From a virus, in the IMG/VR virus record IMGVR_UViG_3300031084_000004, positions 1 through 38,986 of that record: DNA of 38,986 nt; one strand, 5' to 3'. The stretch's first letter is position 1. Each line of letters begins with the position of its first letter. Below the pieces are notes generated by a model. The model did not search any database. It was not told where the DNA came from and worked only from the letters and a program-made list of their open reading frames with translations. Position numbers and translations under genes: made by a program. Shown here piece by piece: positions 7,072-14,258 of the stretch.

Positions 7072-7337
7072 GCGAGCCTACCGAGCACCTTCTCCTGAAA
7101 TGGGGAACCGTGAAGGCGTGGCATCTCAATGAAGATGGCCCGGCATTTGCTGCTCTCAAGCGCTACGCTGAGGGTGGCATGTCGGCAGGAGCAGCGCAGC
7201 AGCATGACACGCCCGATCAGAAGGCAGCCCTGTGCGACGTGATCGATGCAGTGGATGGCCCGATCAAGAACGACTGGTCTGGCGAGGTGATGACGAAGGA
7301 TCAGGCCAAGGCCTACGTCATGGAGTACCGCGCATGA
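7068..7337 (+). CDS. Hypothetical protein (89 aa)
   Basis: ATGA overlap with the recT stop; plausible amino-acid composition. Confidence 0.55.
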   Translation: MSEPTEHLLLKWGTVKAWHLNEDGPAFAALKRYAEGGMSAGAAQQHDTPDQKAALCDVIDAVDGPIKNDWSGEVMTKDQAKAYVMEYRA

Positions 7338-7441
7338 CCCACCTCTGCGCCTCCCCGTCGACCAATTCCCCGCATGAATGTGCTCGCTGCATCGCCATCG
7401 TCGTTGATGCCGAGCGCCAATGGAGTAATGCCCGTGGCTGA
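7334..7441 (+). CDS. Possible small Cys-containing protein (35 aa)
   Basis: ATG 7334 forms an ATGA overlap with the upstream stop. Sequence MTHLCASPSTNSPHECARCIAIVVDAERQWSNARG. Short, so uncertain. Confidence 0.3.
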   Translation: MTHLCASPSTNSPHECARCIAIVVDAERQWSNARG

Positions 7442-8153
7442 CCAAATACCCGATAGCACGAAGAGCGAGCACGTCTCTTGGACGGTCAATGCGACTTCTT
7501 ACCCGCGGAACCTCGATAGCGAGGACCTAGACGCTGAGACGATAGCCGTTCACTACCAGAAGGCACCGGAGAAGACTGAAACCGGCACGCGGATTTCGCT
7601 CTGCTTTCCGACGCTGATCGTCAGCGGCTATTGCAGTGAGCCGCGCGAGGTGGCCGATCGCGTCGCCCGCATCCTCAACGCACATTGGGATGAGCCCGCC
7701 GCGCCGCCCGCGATGGATCGGGAGGCGGTGGCAAAGGCGATCGGCGATGCTGATGGTGCGTTCGGCTATAGCTGCAACCTGACGCGGCTGGTCGACGGTG
7801 CAGCAACCTATACCCTGACGATGCCCGGCTACGAGCCTGCCGATTTCGACAGCATTGATGACGCGCACCTCGTGATTACCGAGCGCCGCAATGCTGCACG
7901 AGCCGACGCTATCCTCTCCACCCTCTCCGCAGACGCGATCCGCCAGGGGGAGGGGGGCTGGAAGGCTGAATTGCGCGAGTTCGCCAGCCTGATGGTGGAC
8001 GAGGTGATTGCGAGAACGAAAGTCCAGCTCGAAGCGGGCAACGGGCTATCCGTGGCCGATCAGCTCCTCATGCTCGAACAGCTTATTATCGAACGCAAGC
8101 GCCAAGCTCGTGCCACCCCCGCCTCTCACGCCAGCGATGGGGGAGAGGCATGA
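7428..8153 (+). CDS. Hypothetical protein (~241 aa)
   Basis: ORF track 7374..8153. ATG 7428 (GGAG nearby) or GTG 7434 fits the coupling with 7334..7441 better than 7374. No recognisable domain. Confidence 0.55.
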   Translation: MPVADQIPDSTKSEHVSWTVNATSYPRNLDSEDLDAETIAVHYQKAPEKTETGTRISLCFPTLIVSGYCSEPREVADRVARILNAHWDEPAAPPAMDREAVAKAIGDADGAFGYSCNLTRLVDGAATYTLTMPGYEPADFDSIDDAHLVITERRNAARADAILSTLSADAIRQGEGGWKAELREFASLMVDEVIARTKVQLEAGNGLSVADQLLMLEQLIIERKRQARATPASHASDGGEA

Positions 8154-8605
8154 GGTATTACGTTGATTGTGAGTTTGACGGCCACAATGGTCCGCTGCTG
8201 AGCATAGCTATTGTCCGCGAAGACGGCGAAAGCTTGCATATCGAGACGACAGAGCCTGCCCGAGATCCATGGGTGGTTGAGAACGTCATGCCGCACATGG
8301 GCAAGCATATGGCGGGGGTTTCGTTGCAAGTACCTGTCACCATGGCAGGTCGCAAATTGGTTGCCTTTATTGGGACGGATGAAGCGCCGACGATCGTAGC
8401 CGACAGTCCTGTGGATATAGCCCGGTTCTGCACGGCAATCAGTACCGCAGCCGGAGGTGGATATGCCCCCTTCGCTTTCCCACGCATGTCTTTCGAGGTC
8501 CGCGACGTCGATTGCTATCCGACCGCCTTGGTCGGAGCCGTGCAGCACAACGCTTGGTGGGACGCAATGGCCCTGCGCCATAGGCTTCAGGGAGACCGCG
8601 CATGA
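8150..8605 (+). CDS. DEDDh 3'-5' exonuclease (Rv2179c-like)
   Basis: 151 aa. MRYYVDCEFDGHNGPLLSIAIVREDGE (ExoI motif D-x-E) and HNAWWDAMALR (ExoIII H...D) match the small stand-alone Rv2179c-type exoribonuclease fold. Confidence 0.65.
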   Translation: MRYYVDCEFDGHNGPLLSIAIVREDGESLHIETTEPARDPWVVENVMPHMGKHMAGVSLQVPVTMAGRKLVAFIGTDEAPTIVADSPVDIARFCTAISTAAGGGYAPFAFPRMSFEVRDVDCYPTALVGAVQHNAWWDAMALRHRLQGDRA

Positions 8606-9207
8606 CCATCCGACAGACGCCGGATGCTGTGCGCGAGGCGATCCGAGAGGATATAGCAAAGCAGCTTGATGAGCCGTGGCGCGACCGTGTGATCCTCCGA
8701 CCGGAGCAATGGCAGATCGTCCTCGCCGCCCTCGACAGCCGCGCGGGCGATGCGGGGGATAGAACGGCATTGCCGCCGGGATGGAAGTCGTGGACCGGCG
8801 GGGCCTTCGCACCGCAGGACTATGGCGGGCGTTACATGCTCCGCAACGGGTCGCTCCATGAATGGCGACCGGGCGACAGTGCTGGTCCAAGCTGGAAGTG
8901 GGAATATGGCGACGGTGACGTCGTCGCATACTTCGCCACCCCCGCGCCCGCTGTCGATGCGGTCCCGGCGGGGGAGGCCGAGCCGTCACTCAACAGGCAC
9001 GACCTGTATCGGTTCATGGATACGCTCAAGCTGTCCGAGAAGCGCGACGTGGCAAAGGCGATCGGCTTCGACCCGGCACCCTTGCCCGGAGAGAATGACA
9101 TGAACCGCTGGCGGCGCATGTGGCTGTGGGCAGGAGAAAACGGCAAGCGTTCCGAGTTGGCGACGGCAATCCGCGCCGCCCTCTCGCACGGGGAGGGGCG
9201 GAAGTGA
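8602..9207 (+). CDS. Hypothetical protein (201 aa)
   Basis: ATGA-coupled ORF with no recognisable motif. Confidence 0.55.
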   Translation: MTIRQTPDAVREAIREDIAKQLDEPWRDRVILRPEQWQIVLAALDSRAGDAGDRTALPPGWKSWTGGAFAPQDYGGRYMLRNGSLHEWRPGDSAGPSWKWEYGDGDVVAYFATPAPAVDAVPAGEAEPSLNRHDLYRFMDTLKLSEKRDVAKAIGFDPAPLPGENDMNRWRRMWLWAGENGKRSELATAIRAALSHGEGRK

Positions 9208-9896
9208 GCCAGAAGCCGCGAATCTTGGACTTGTTCTGTTGCGCTGGCGGTGCGGCGATGGGCTATCATCAGGCCGGGTTCGATGTGGTCGGTATCGATC
9301 TGCATCCCCAGCCGCGCTACCCGTTTGGCTTCATCCAAATGGATGCGCTCGCTGTCGACAAGCGGTTCCTGCGCACCTTCGACGCAATCCACGCCTCGCC
9401 ACCGTGCCAAGGCTATACGGCGATGCGCCACGCTCCAGGCGCGAAGGGCGCACCCCGGCTGATCGCGCAGGTTCGCGAGATGCTTGAAGCTACCGGCCTG
9501 CCGTGGGTGATCGAGAACGTCGAGGAGGCCCGCTCCGAGATGCGGGAGCCTATCATGCTGTGCGGTTCAGGTTTTGACCTCGGCTCGCATGGCTGTGAGC
9601 TGCGTCGCCACCGCCTCTTTGAGAGCAATGTCGGCCTGTATAGCATGGGATGCCAGCACGGCGATAAGCCAGTGGTCGGGGTCTATGGCGGACACGCTCG
9701 CATCCGATCGGCGCGACATGGCGGTCGTGGCACCCGCGACGCCTGGCCAAATGGTCACAAGCCGGTCGCGGCTGAAGCTATGGGCATGGACTGGGCAACC
9801 CTTGCTGAAATGAGCGAGGCCATCCCGCCCGCGTACACACGGTTCATCGGGATGCAGCTTATGCAGCATGTCCGCGCCAATCGGCTCGCCGCATGA
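9204..9896 (+). CDS. DNA (cytosine-5)-methyltransferase, orphan
   Basis: GTG 9204 (GTGA overlap). Motif I ILDLFCCAGG, motif IV HASPPCQGY, motif VI VIENV. No adjacent restriction endonuclease candidate. Confidence 0.85.
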   Translation: MSQKPRILDLFCCAGGAAMGYHQAGFDVVGIDLHPQPRYPFGFIQMDALAVDKRFLRTFDAIHASPPCQGYTAMRHAPGAKGAPRLIAQVREMLEATGLPWVIENVEEARSEMREPIMLCGSGFDLGSHGCELRRHRLFESNVGLYSMGCQHGDKPVVGVYGGHARIRSARHGGRGTRDAWPNGHKPVAAEAMGMDWATLAEMSEAIPPAYTRFIGMQLMQHVRANRLAA

Positions 9897-9947
9897 CCGC
9901 CTCCGGTTTCGCGATGAGCGAGAGCAACAGGGTTAGGGGAGGGAGGG

Positions 9948-10310
9948 ATGGGTAGTTACGCGCATGAGCGGGCTAAGACCCCGGCGCAATGGTGTGCCGA
10001 GTTCGCGTCCCGTCAAATTCCAATGTCCGAACGCGCATTGAGGTCGAAGGCCCGCGCGATCGGCGCCTACATTACGCTCGGCAAGGCGATGCTGATCACG
10101 CCTGAGCAAATTGACCATATTCTAGAGGACGGCGCATGCCACTCGAACCCTATCTCCGTGGCACGACCTGGTGGGCAAAAGGCCGTATCCAGTTCAACGG
10201 GCGCGACATCACCGACTACATCCGCGAAAGCACTGGCGCATCTACAGAAGATGGCGCGCGGCAGTGGATCGCGGAACGTCAGGCGCGCGAAGAGCGGCGG
10301 ACGGTCCTAG
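9948..10310 (+). CDS. Excisionase-like/HTH protein; the last 175 nt overlap int out of frame
   Basis: Strong RBS (GGGAGGGAGGG) before ATG 9948. The first ~62 aa look protein-like (..ALRSKARAIGAYITLGKAMLITPEQIDHILEDG). The tail beyond 10136 is low-complexity S/T/G/R. Confidence 0.45.
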   Translation: MGSYAHERAKTPAQWCAEFASRQIPMSERALRSKARAIGAYITLGKAMLITPEQIDHILEDGACHSNPISVARPGGQKAVSSSTGATSPTTSAKALAHLQKMARGSGSRNVRRAKSGGRS

Positions 10311-11254
10311 GCCATGAAGAGGCACAGGAGCGCGAGTTCACGTTCAATGATGCGGTTGTTCTGTATGCGGCAACCGAGCAAATGGCGCGCTATCTGATCC
10401 CTATCGTTGAGCGCATTGGCGCACTGCCGATCAAGAAGATCACCCCGAAGATGATCCGCGAACTCGGGCGCGACCTGTATCCTGACAATGCCGTCGACAC
10501 ATGGCGGCGCTGGGTTATCGCTCCTGCGCGGGCAGTCATCAACAATGCCAGCGAGCTAGGCCACTGCCCGCCGATCCGTATTCCAGGCTACGACAAGCAG
10601 GAGCGCGTCAAGCAGGATCGGGCGCGCGGTAAGGTCAGCCGCAAGCCGAAGGTGCCTGGTGATTGGGACTGGATCCTCGCTTTCCGCGCGAAGGCTAGCA
10701 AACGGCACGCGGCCCTAGCGCTATTTATGTTCACGACCGGCGCACGGATTGGGCAGGCCGTCGCGATGCACCCCGACAATCTCCATCTGGATGAAGGCAA
10801 GGCCGTCATCCCCGGAGCCAAGGGACACGACGATCGCACTGTCCAGCTTATGCCAGAGCTGGTCGAAGAGTTGCGCGCTTTGAGGCCTAAGGTTCCGCGT
10901 GGCTGGGATGCACGCTATCGCCGCAACCTCCGGGTCTTCGGTTTTGCCGACAAGGATGGCCCGCGCAGCGGCTGGCGGACTGCCTGCAAGCGCGCTGGTA
11001 TCCCATACTTGCCGCCCCATTCTGCCGGTCGCCATGGCTTCGGGCAGGAAATGCGCGTTCGCCAAGGCGTCGATAGCAAGTCCGTCGAAAGCGTCGGTGG
11101 CTGGTCTGCAAAGGGCGGGATGGTCGACAAGATTTACACCCATGCCGAGGACAGCGACGCCAAGATTTTGGAGGCTCTTCGTACAGGTTTCGTACAAGCC
11201 GAAAATAAGATTAGCGCCAAGGCCGCAAAAATGCTAGAAAAAGATGATGAATGA
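10136..11254 (+). CDS. int: Tyrosine integrase
   Basis: 372 aa. Contains TTGARIGQAVAM (Arg I), HSAGRHGFGQEM (H-x-x-R) and KIYTHAE (catalytic Tyr). GAGGA RBS 6 nt upstream. Confidence 0.9.
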   Translation: MPLEPYLRGTTWWAKGRIQFNGRDITDYIRESTGASTEDGARQWIAERQAREERRTVLGHEEAQEREFTFNDAVVLYAATEQMARYLIPIVERIGALPIKKITPKMIRELGRDLYPDNAVDTWRRWVIAPARAVINNASELGHCPPIRIPGYDKQERVKQDRARGKVSRKPKVPGDWDWILAFRAKASKRHAALALFMFTTGARIGQAVAMHPDNLHLDEGKAVIPGAKGHDDRTVQLMPELVEELRALRPKVPRGWDARYRRNLRVFGFADKDGPRSGWRTACKRAGIPYLPPHSAGRHGFGQEMRVRQGVDSKSVESVGGWSAKGGMVDKIYTHAEDSDAKILEALRTGFVQAENKISAKAAKMLEKDDE

Positions 11255-11257
11255 TAG

Positions 11258-11307
11258 CTGCCCTCCGAAGGCAGAGGCCACAGGTTCGAATCCTGTCGGG
11301 TGCGCCA
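11258..11307 (+). other. attP core candidate: 3' 50 nt of a tRNA-Arg(CCG), from the anticodon arm to CCA
   Basis: CTGCC-CTCCGAA-GGCAG (anticodon CCG), AGGCC, ACAGG-TTCGAAT-CCTGT (T arm), CGGGTGC-G-CCA. No D arm or 5' acceptor strand upstream, so it is a fragment. Starts 4 nt after the int stop. Confidence 0.75.
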
Positions 11308-11432
11308 CCTTTTCCGCCGTTTGTGGCGATTCGCACCAGCCTCATGCTCGTAGAACCGTGCAGGAACATGCGCGGCCAAAACCGGAACGCGCGTACAATC
11401 GCCGTACATTGCCGCCTGCGCCTCCGGGGGCT

Positions 11433-11795
11433 ATGCCTTACGAGTCGTGGAGCAAGCTTGACCACGAGGTCATCTACTTCGTCGGCGCAGAGCGCGGCCC
11501 GGTAAAGATCGGCCGCTCAATCTCCCTCGTCCGCCGCATCCGTGAATTGCAGGTGGGTCATCCGGGGTTGCTGCATGTCTGGGCCATCGTGCCGGGCAAC
11601 AATCTCGATGAGGCGATCTACCACCACCGCTTCGCCAAGGATCGCGTGTGGGGAGAGTGGTTCGCACGCTCTGACGATATGCAGGAATTTTTGGACAGCC
11701 GGGCAGTGATGCGCGGCGATCTTCGGTTGCCCGCCCCGCGCCAACGGGACGGGCTGCCACAACGCAATGGAGGTGCGTGTGACGAACGATTGTAA
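11433..11795 (+). CDS. T5orf172/MUG113 (GIY-YIG-like) domain protein
   Basis: Start MPYESW at ATG 11433. VIYFVGAERGPVKIGRSISLVRRIRELQVGHPGLLHVWAIVPGNNLDEAIYHHRFAKDRVWGEWF matches the T5orf172 pattern. The ORF-track N-terminal extension runs through the tRNA fragment. Confidence 0.65.
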   Translation: MPYESWSKLDHEVIYFVGAERGPVKIGRSISLVRRIRELQVGHPGLLHVWAIVPGNNLDEAIYHHRFAKDRVWGEWFARSDDMQEFLDSRAVMRGDLRLPAPRQRDGLPQRNGGACDERL

Positions 11796-12018
11796 CACAT
11801 TCATTGAAGGAATGAATCCCGGCTGGGTCGAGTGGACTGGTGGCGAATGCCCTGTTCCGTTCAAGACGATTGTTCAAATCAAGCTGCGTGATGGAGCAGT
11901 AGAACGACCTCGCATTGCTGGTTTTTGGATGCGGACTGACGATGACCGCTCCTATTGGCAGCACGAGCCGAACGACCACAATAACGACATTGTCGCCTAC
12001 CGTGTGGTGCACGCATGA
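11767..12018 (+). CDS. Hypothetical protein (~79-83 aa)
   Basis: Start is ambiguous: ATG 11767, or GTG 11779 with GGAGG 5 nt upstream. Overlaps the previous gene by 17-29 nt. Confidence 0.5.
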   Translation: MEVRVTNDCNTFIEGMNPGWVEWTGGECPVPFKTIVQIKLRDGAVERPRIAGFWMRTDDDRSYWQHEPNDHNNDIVAYRVVHA

Positions 12019-12410
12019 CCGACCTGACCGAGCGGCTGCGGAAGCGGGCGGATGAGGACGCCAAGTGCGCGGAGAACAGCAAGGTCGTCGCTGACCTATT
12101 GCGACCGCAGCTTGATGCGTTCGAGGCTAATGAGGATCATGGCAACATCTATGCCATCCGCATGGCTGTGGATCATCGCGATAGCGTAAAGCGCGACGGC
12201 CAATATGCCGCTGACCTTCGCGAAGCCGCCACCACCCTCGAAACCCTCACGCAGGAAAACGCGCGGCTGAGGGAGTTGTGCGATGCGGCTTGTTCAAACG
12301 CTGAAACGGCGCTGGATTTCTTGGCTAAGGCGGGACGTCCTGAACTAGCAAAAATCCAAGCCATTTATGTCGCTAACCTCCGCAAAGCCCTCGGAGGCGG
12401 CGATGAGTAA
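12015..12410 (+). CDS. Hypothetical helical protein (131 aa)
   Basis: ATGA-coupled; coiled-coil-like composition. Confidence 0.55.
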   Translation: MTDLTERLRKRADEDAKCAENSKVVADLLRPQLDAFEANEDHGNIYAIRMAVDHRDSVKRDGQYAADLREAATTLETLTQENARLRELCDAACSNAETALDFLAKAGRPELAKIQAIYVANLRKALGGGDE

Positions 12411-12651
12411 GGCGAACCAAGCTGTTGGGTATCGCCTCTACTATGAGGATGATTTAGCCGAACGCGAATGGTTCGAGCGGCAGTGGAAGATATGGCCTGA
12501 GCGCGCGCATCAAGATCGCACCACGAACGTCTCTTTCCATTACGGCGGGGTATGCGCCTTTCGCGAGATCAATGGCCGCGATCCAGCGATGAGCAAGGAT
12601 TTCGCCAGCCATGTTGCTTGGCATGATCGGCACAAGGAACCCCACCCATGA
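12403..12651 (+). CDS. Hypothetical protein (82 aa)
   Basis: ATG 12403 with GGAGG upstream. Begins MSKANQAVGYRLYYEDDLAEREWFERQWKIW. Confidence 0.5.
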   Translation: MSKANQAVGYRLYYEDDLAEREWFERQWKIWPERAHQDRTTNVSFHYGGVCAFREINGRDPAMSKDFASHVAWHDRHKEPHP

Positions 12652-13037
12652 CCAACACCGACGCGAAGATCATGCGGGAGGCGGGGCTACGGGTGCTGGT
12701 CTGCGGTGGTCGTGATTATGACGACCGCGATCATATCTGGAACACGCTGACCGCGATCCATGGCGAGTGTAAGATCAGCCTAGTCATCCATGGCGCTGCG
12801 ACCGGTGCCGATAGTGAGGGGATGCTGTGGGCCGATTGCATGCCCGGCTGCAAGCACGCTCCTTTCCGCGCCGACTGGCGGACTCATGGCAAGGCAGCTG
12901 GTCCGATCCGCAACCAACGGATGCTGGACGAGGGGAGGCCCGATCTGGTCGTCGCTTTCCCTGGCGGTCGCGGCACCGCTGATATGGTCCGCCGCGCCAA
13001 GGCCGCTGGTATAGAAGTCCGGGAGATACGCCCATGA
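12648..13037 (+). CDS. Stand-alone SLOG-fold protein (DUF2493/YspA-like)
   Basis: 129 aa. Contains VLVCGGRDYDD..., VIHGAATGADSEGMLWA, WRTHGKAAGPIRNQRML and VVAFPGGRGTADMVRRAKAAGIEV, the conserved DUF2493 blocks. Confidence 0.7.
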   Translation: MTNTDAKIMREAGLRVLVCGGRDYDDRDHIWNTLTAIHGECKISLVIHGAATGADSEGMLWADCMPGCKHAPFRADWRTHGKAAGPIRNQRMLDEGRPDLVVAFPGGRGTADMVRRAKAAGIEVREIRP

Positions 13038-13222
13038 CCGACCCCACCGAAATCGCGCGCGTCGCGAGTAATTGGTCGTTTGGGTTCGCTTCATTTGCCA
13101 GCGTGGTTGGCTCAATGTTGGCGACCCGCGCTAACTGCACCGACACCGCGAAAATCTTGGCGTTCGCCAGTATCCTATTCTTGGCCGTAGCGCTGAAAGG
13201 CATGGTCTATGGAAAGCGCTGA
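13034..13222 (+). CDS. Small membrane protein (62 aa)
   Basis: Two hydrophobic stretches (WSFGFASFASVVGSMLA; ILAFASILFLAVAL). The N-terminal TEIARVA is shared with the next ORF. Confidence 0.5.
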   Translation: MTDPTEIARVASNWSFGFASFASVVGSMLATRANCTDTAKILAFASILFLAVALKGMVYGKR

Positions 13223-13460
13223 AATCGCGCGCGTCGCGGCTGGGCTGACGGATCAGCAACGTGGTGCATTGCTCAAGGCAAGCGTTGATTGGAAGCAGAT
13301 CCACAGCCCCGGCACCGGAGCATACAAGGGCGCTAGGATGAAGCCGTTGGTCGATTATAGCGGATGGGAAGGCCAGCATGGATGGCGTCACAGTGTACGC
13401 CTTTCCGGCTTCGGTATCGCCGTCCGTGACTATATCCTCAAGGGGACTGGCCGTGGATAA
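13209..13460 (+). CDS. Hypothetical protein, paralogue A (83 aa)
   Basis: Begins MESAEIARVAAGLTDQQRGALLKA and ends GFGIAVRDYILKG. Related to the next ORF. Confidence 0.5.
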   Translation: MESAEIARVAAGLTDQQRGALLKASVDWKQIHSPGTGAYKGARMKPLVDYSGWEGQHGWRHSVRLSGFGIAVRDYILKGTGRG

Positions 13461-13689
13461 CGAAATCGCTCACATCGCCAAAGGGCTGACGTGGGCGCAA
13501 GAATACGCGCTCACTTGGCTTGGCACGACGATTGGCTGCGTGGCCAGCAACCGAAGGCTTGCCGACAGCTTGGTTTATAAGGGGTTGGCAGTTCGCACGC
13601 CCTACTCGCACAATGCGCGGATGCTTGACTGGACAAAGCGCGGCCGCGCCGTCCGCGACCACATCCTGCGGGAGAAGAGCGGTGGGTGA
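13453..13689 (+). CDS. Hypothetical protein, paralogue B (78 aa)
   Basis: GTG 13453 overlaps the upstream TAA by 8 nt. Begins VDNEIAHIAKGLTWAQEYALTWL and ends RGRAVRDHILRE, the same pattern as paralogue A. Confidence 0.45.
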   Translation: MDNEIAHIAKGLTWAQEYALTWLGTTIGCVASNRRLADSLVYKGLAVRTPYSHNARMLDWTKRGRAVRDHILREKSGG

Positions 13690-13975
13690 GAAGATTGAAG
13701 GCGTCGTAATCGTCCACTTCAATGAAGATGGCGAGATGAGTTATCACGTCTTTGGCGAGAAGGTGCGGCTGTTCATCGTAGACGAGCGGGTGCCGAATGA
13801 TCGCGTGTACGAATGGCTGAGCCGGTCAGAGCCTAGCCAGCTGCGTGAGATGATCCCGGCCGGTAGTGACATCGGCAACCAAAATGACGAACGCCACGAG
13901 GCCATCAAGCACCGCGTCTTAGCGGCTGGCGATGGGCGGTCGTACCTGTCTGTAGTGGAGAATGACCATGACTGA
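13682..13975 (+). CDS. Hypothetical protein (97 aa)
   Basis: GTG 13682 overlaps the upstream stop by 8 nt. Begins VGEKIEGVVIVHFNEDGEMSYHVFGEKVRLFIVDERV. Confidence 0.45.
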   Translation: MGEKIEGVVIVHFNEDGEMSYHVFGEKVRLFIVDERVPNDRVYEWLSRSEPSQLREMIPAGSDIGNQNDERHEAIKHRVLAAGDGRSYLSVVENDHD

Positions 13976-14258
13976 CGTGAAGGTCGAGCAGTGCGACCGA
14001 GTGGCAGCCGCTGGCACTATCCCGGACGATGGTTCGCATGTCTCGCACATGATGGTTGATGCCATCCTTAACGGTCGTGCTGATGACTGGCCCCTCGTTC
14101 TCGCCTTCGCCCGCCACCGCCAAGCAGCCGAGAAGGCGACGCGGGAGCGGGATGCGGGGATTGCTGAGGATTGGATTGATGAGGCGTTCGCGACGGACCA
14201 TGAGAACCGCATCGCTCGTTCTATCGCCACCGCCATCAGGAGCCAGAACGATGGGTAA
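13962..14258 (+). CDS. Hypothetical protein (98 aa)
   Basis: ATG 13962 or 13968; overlaps the previous gene's stop. Confidence 0.5.
   Translation: MTMTDVKVEQCDRVAAAGTIPDDGSHVSHMMVDAILNGRADDWPLVLAFARHRQAAEKATRERDAGIAEDWIDEAFATDHENRIARSIATAIRSQNDG

Noticed and set aside
11244-11432. N-terminal 63-aa extension of the T5orf172 ORF, starting inside the int stop region.
   Set aside because: It reads straight through the tRNA-Arg fragment and the attP spacer. The domain begins only after ATG 11433.
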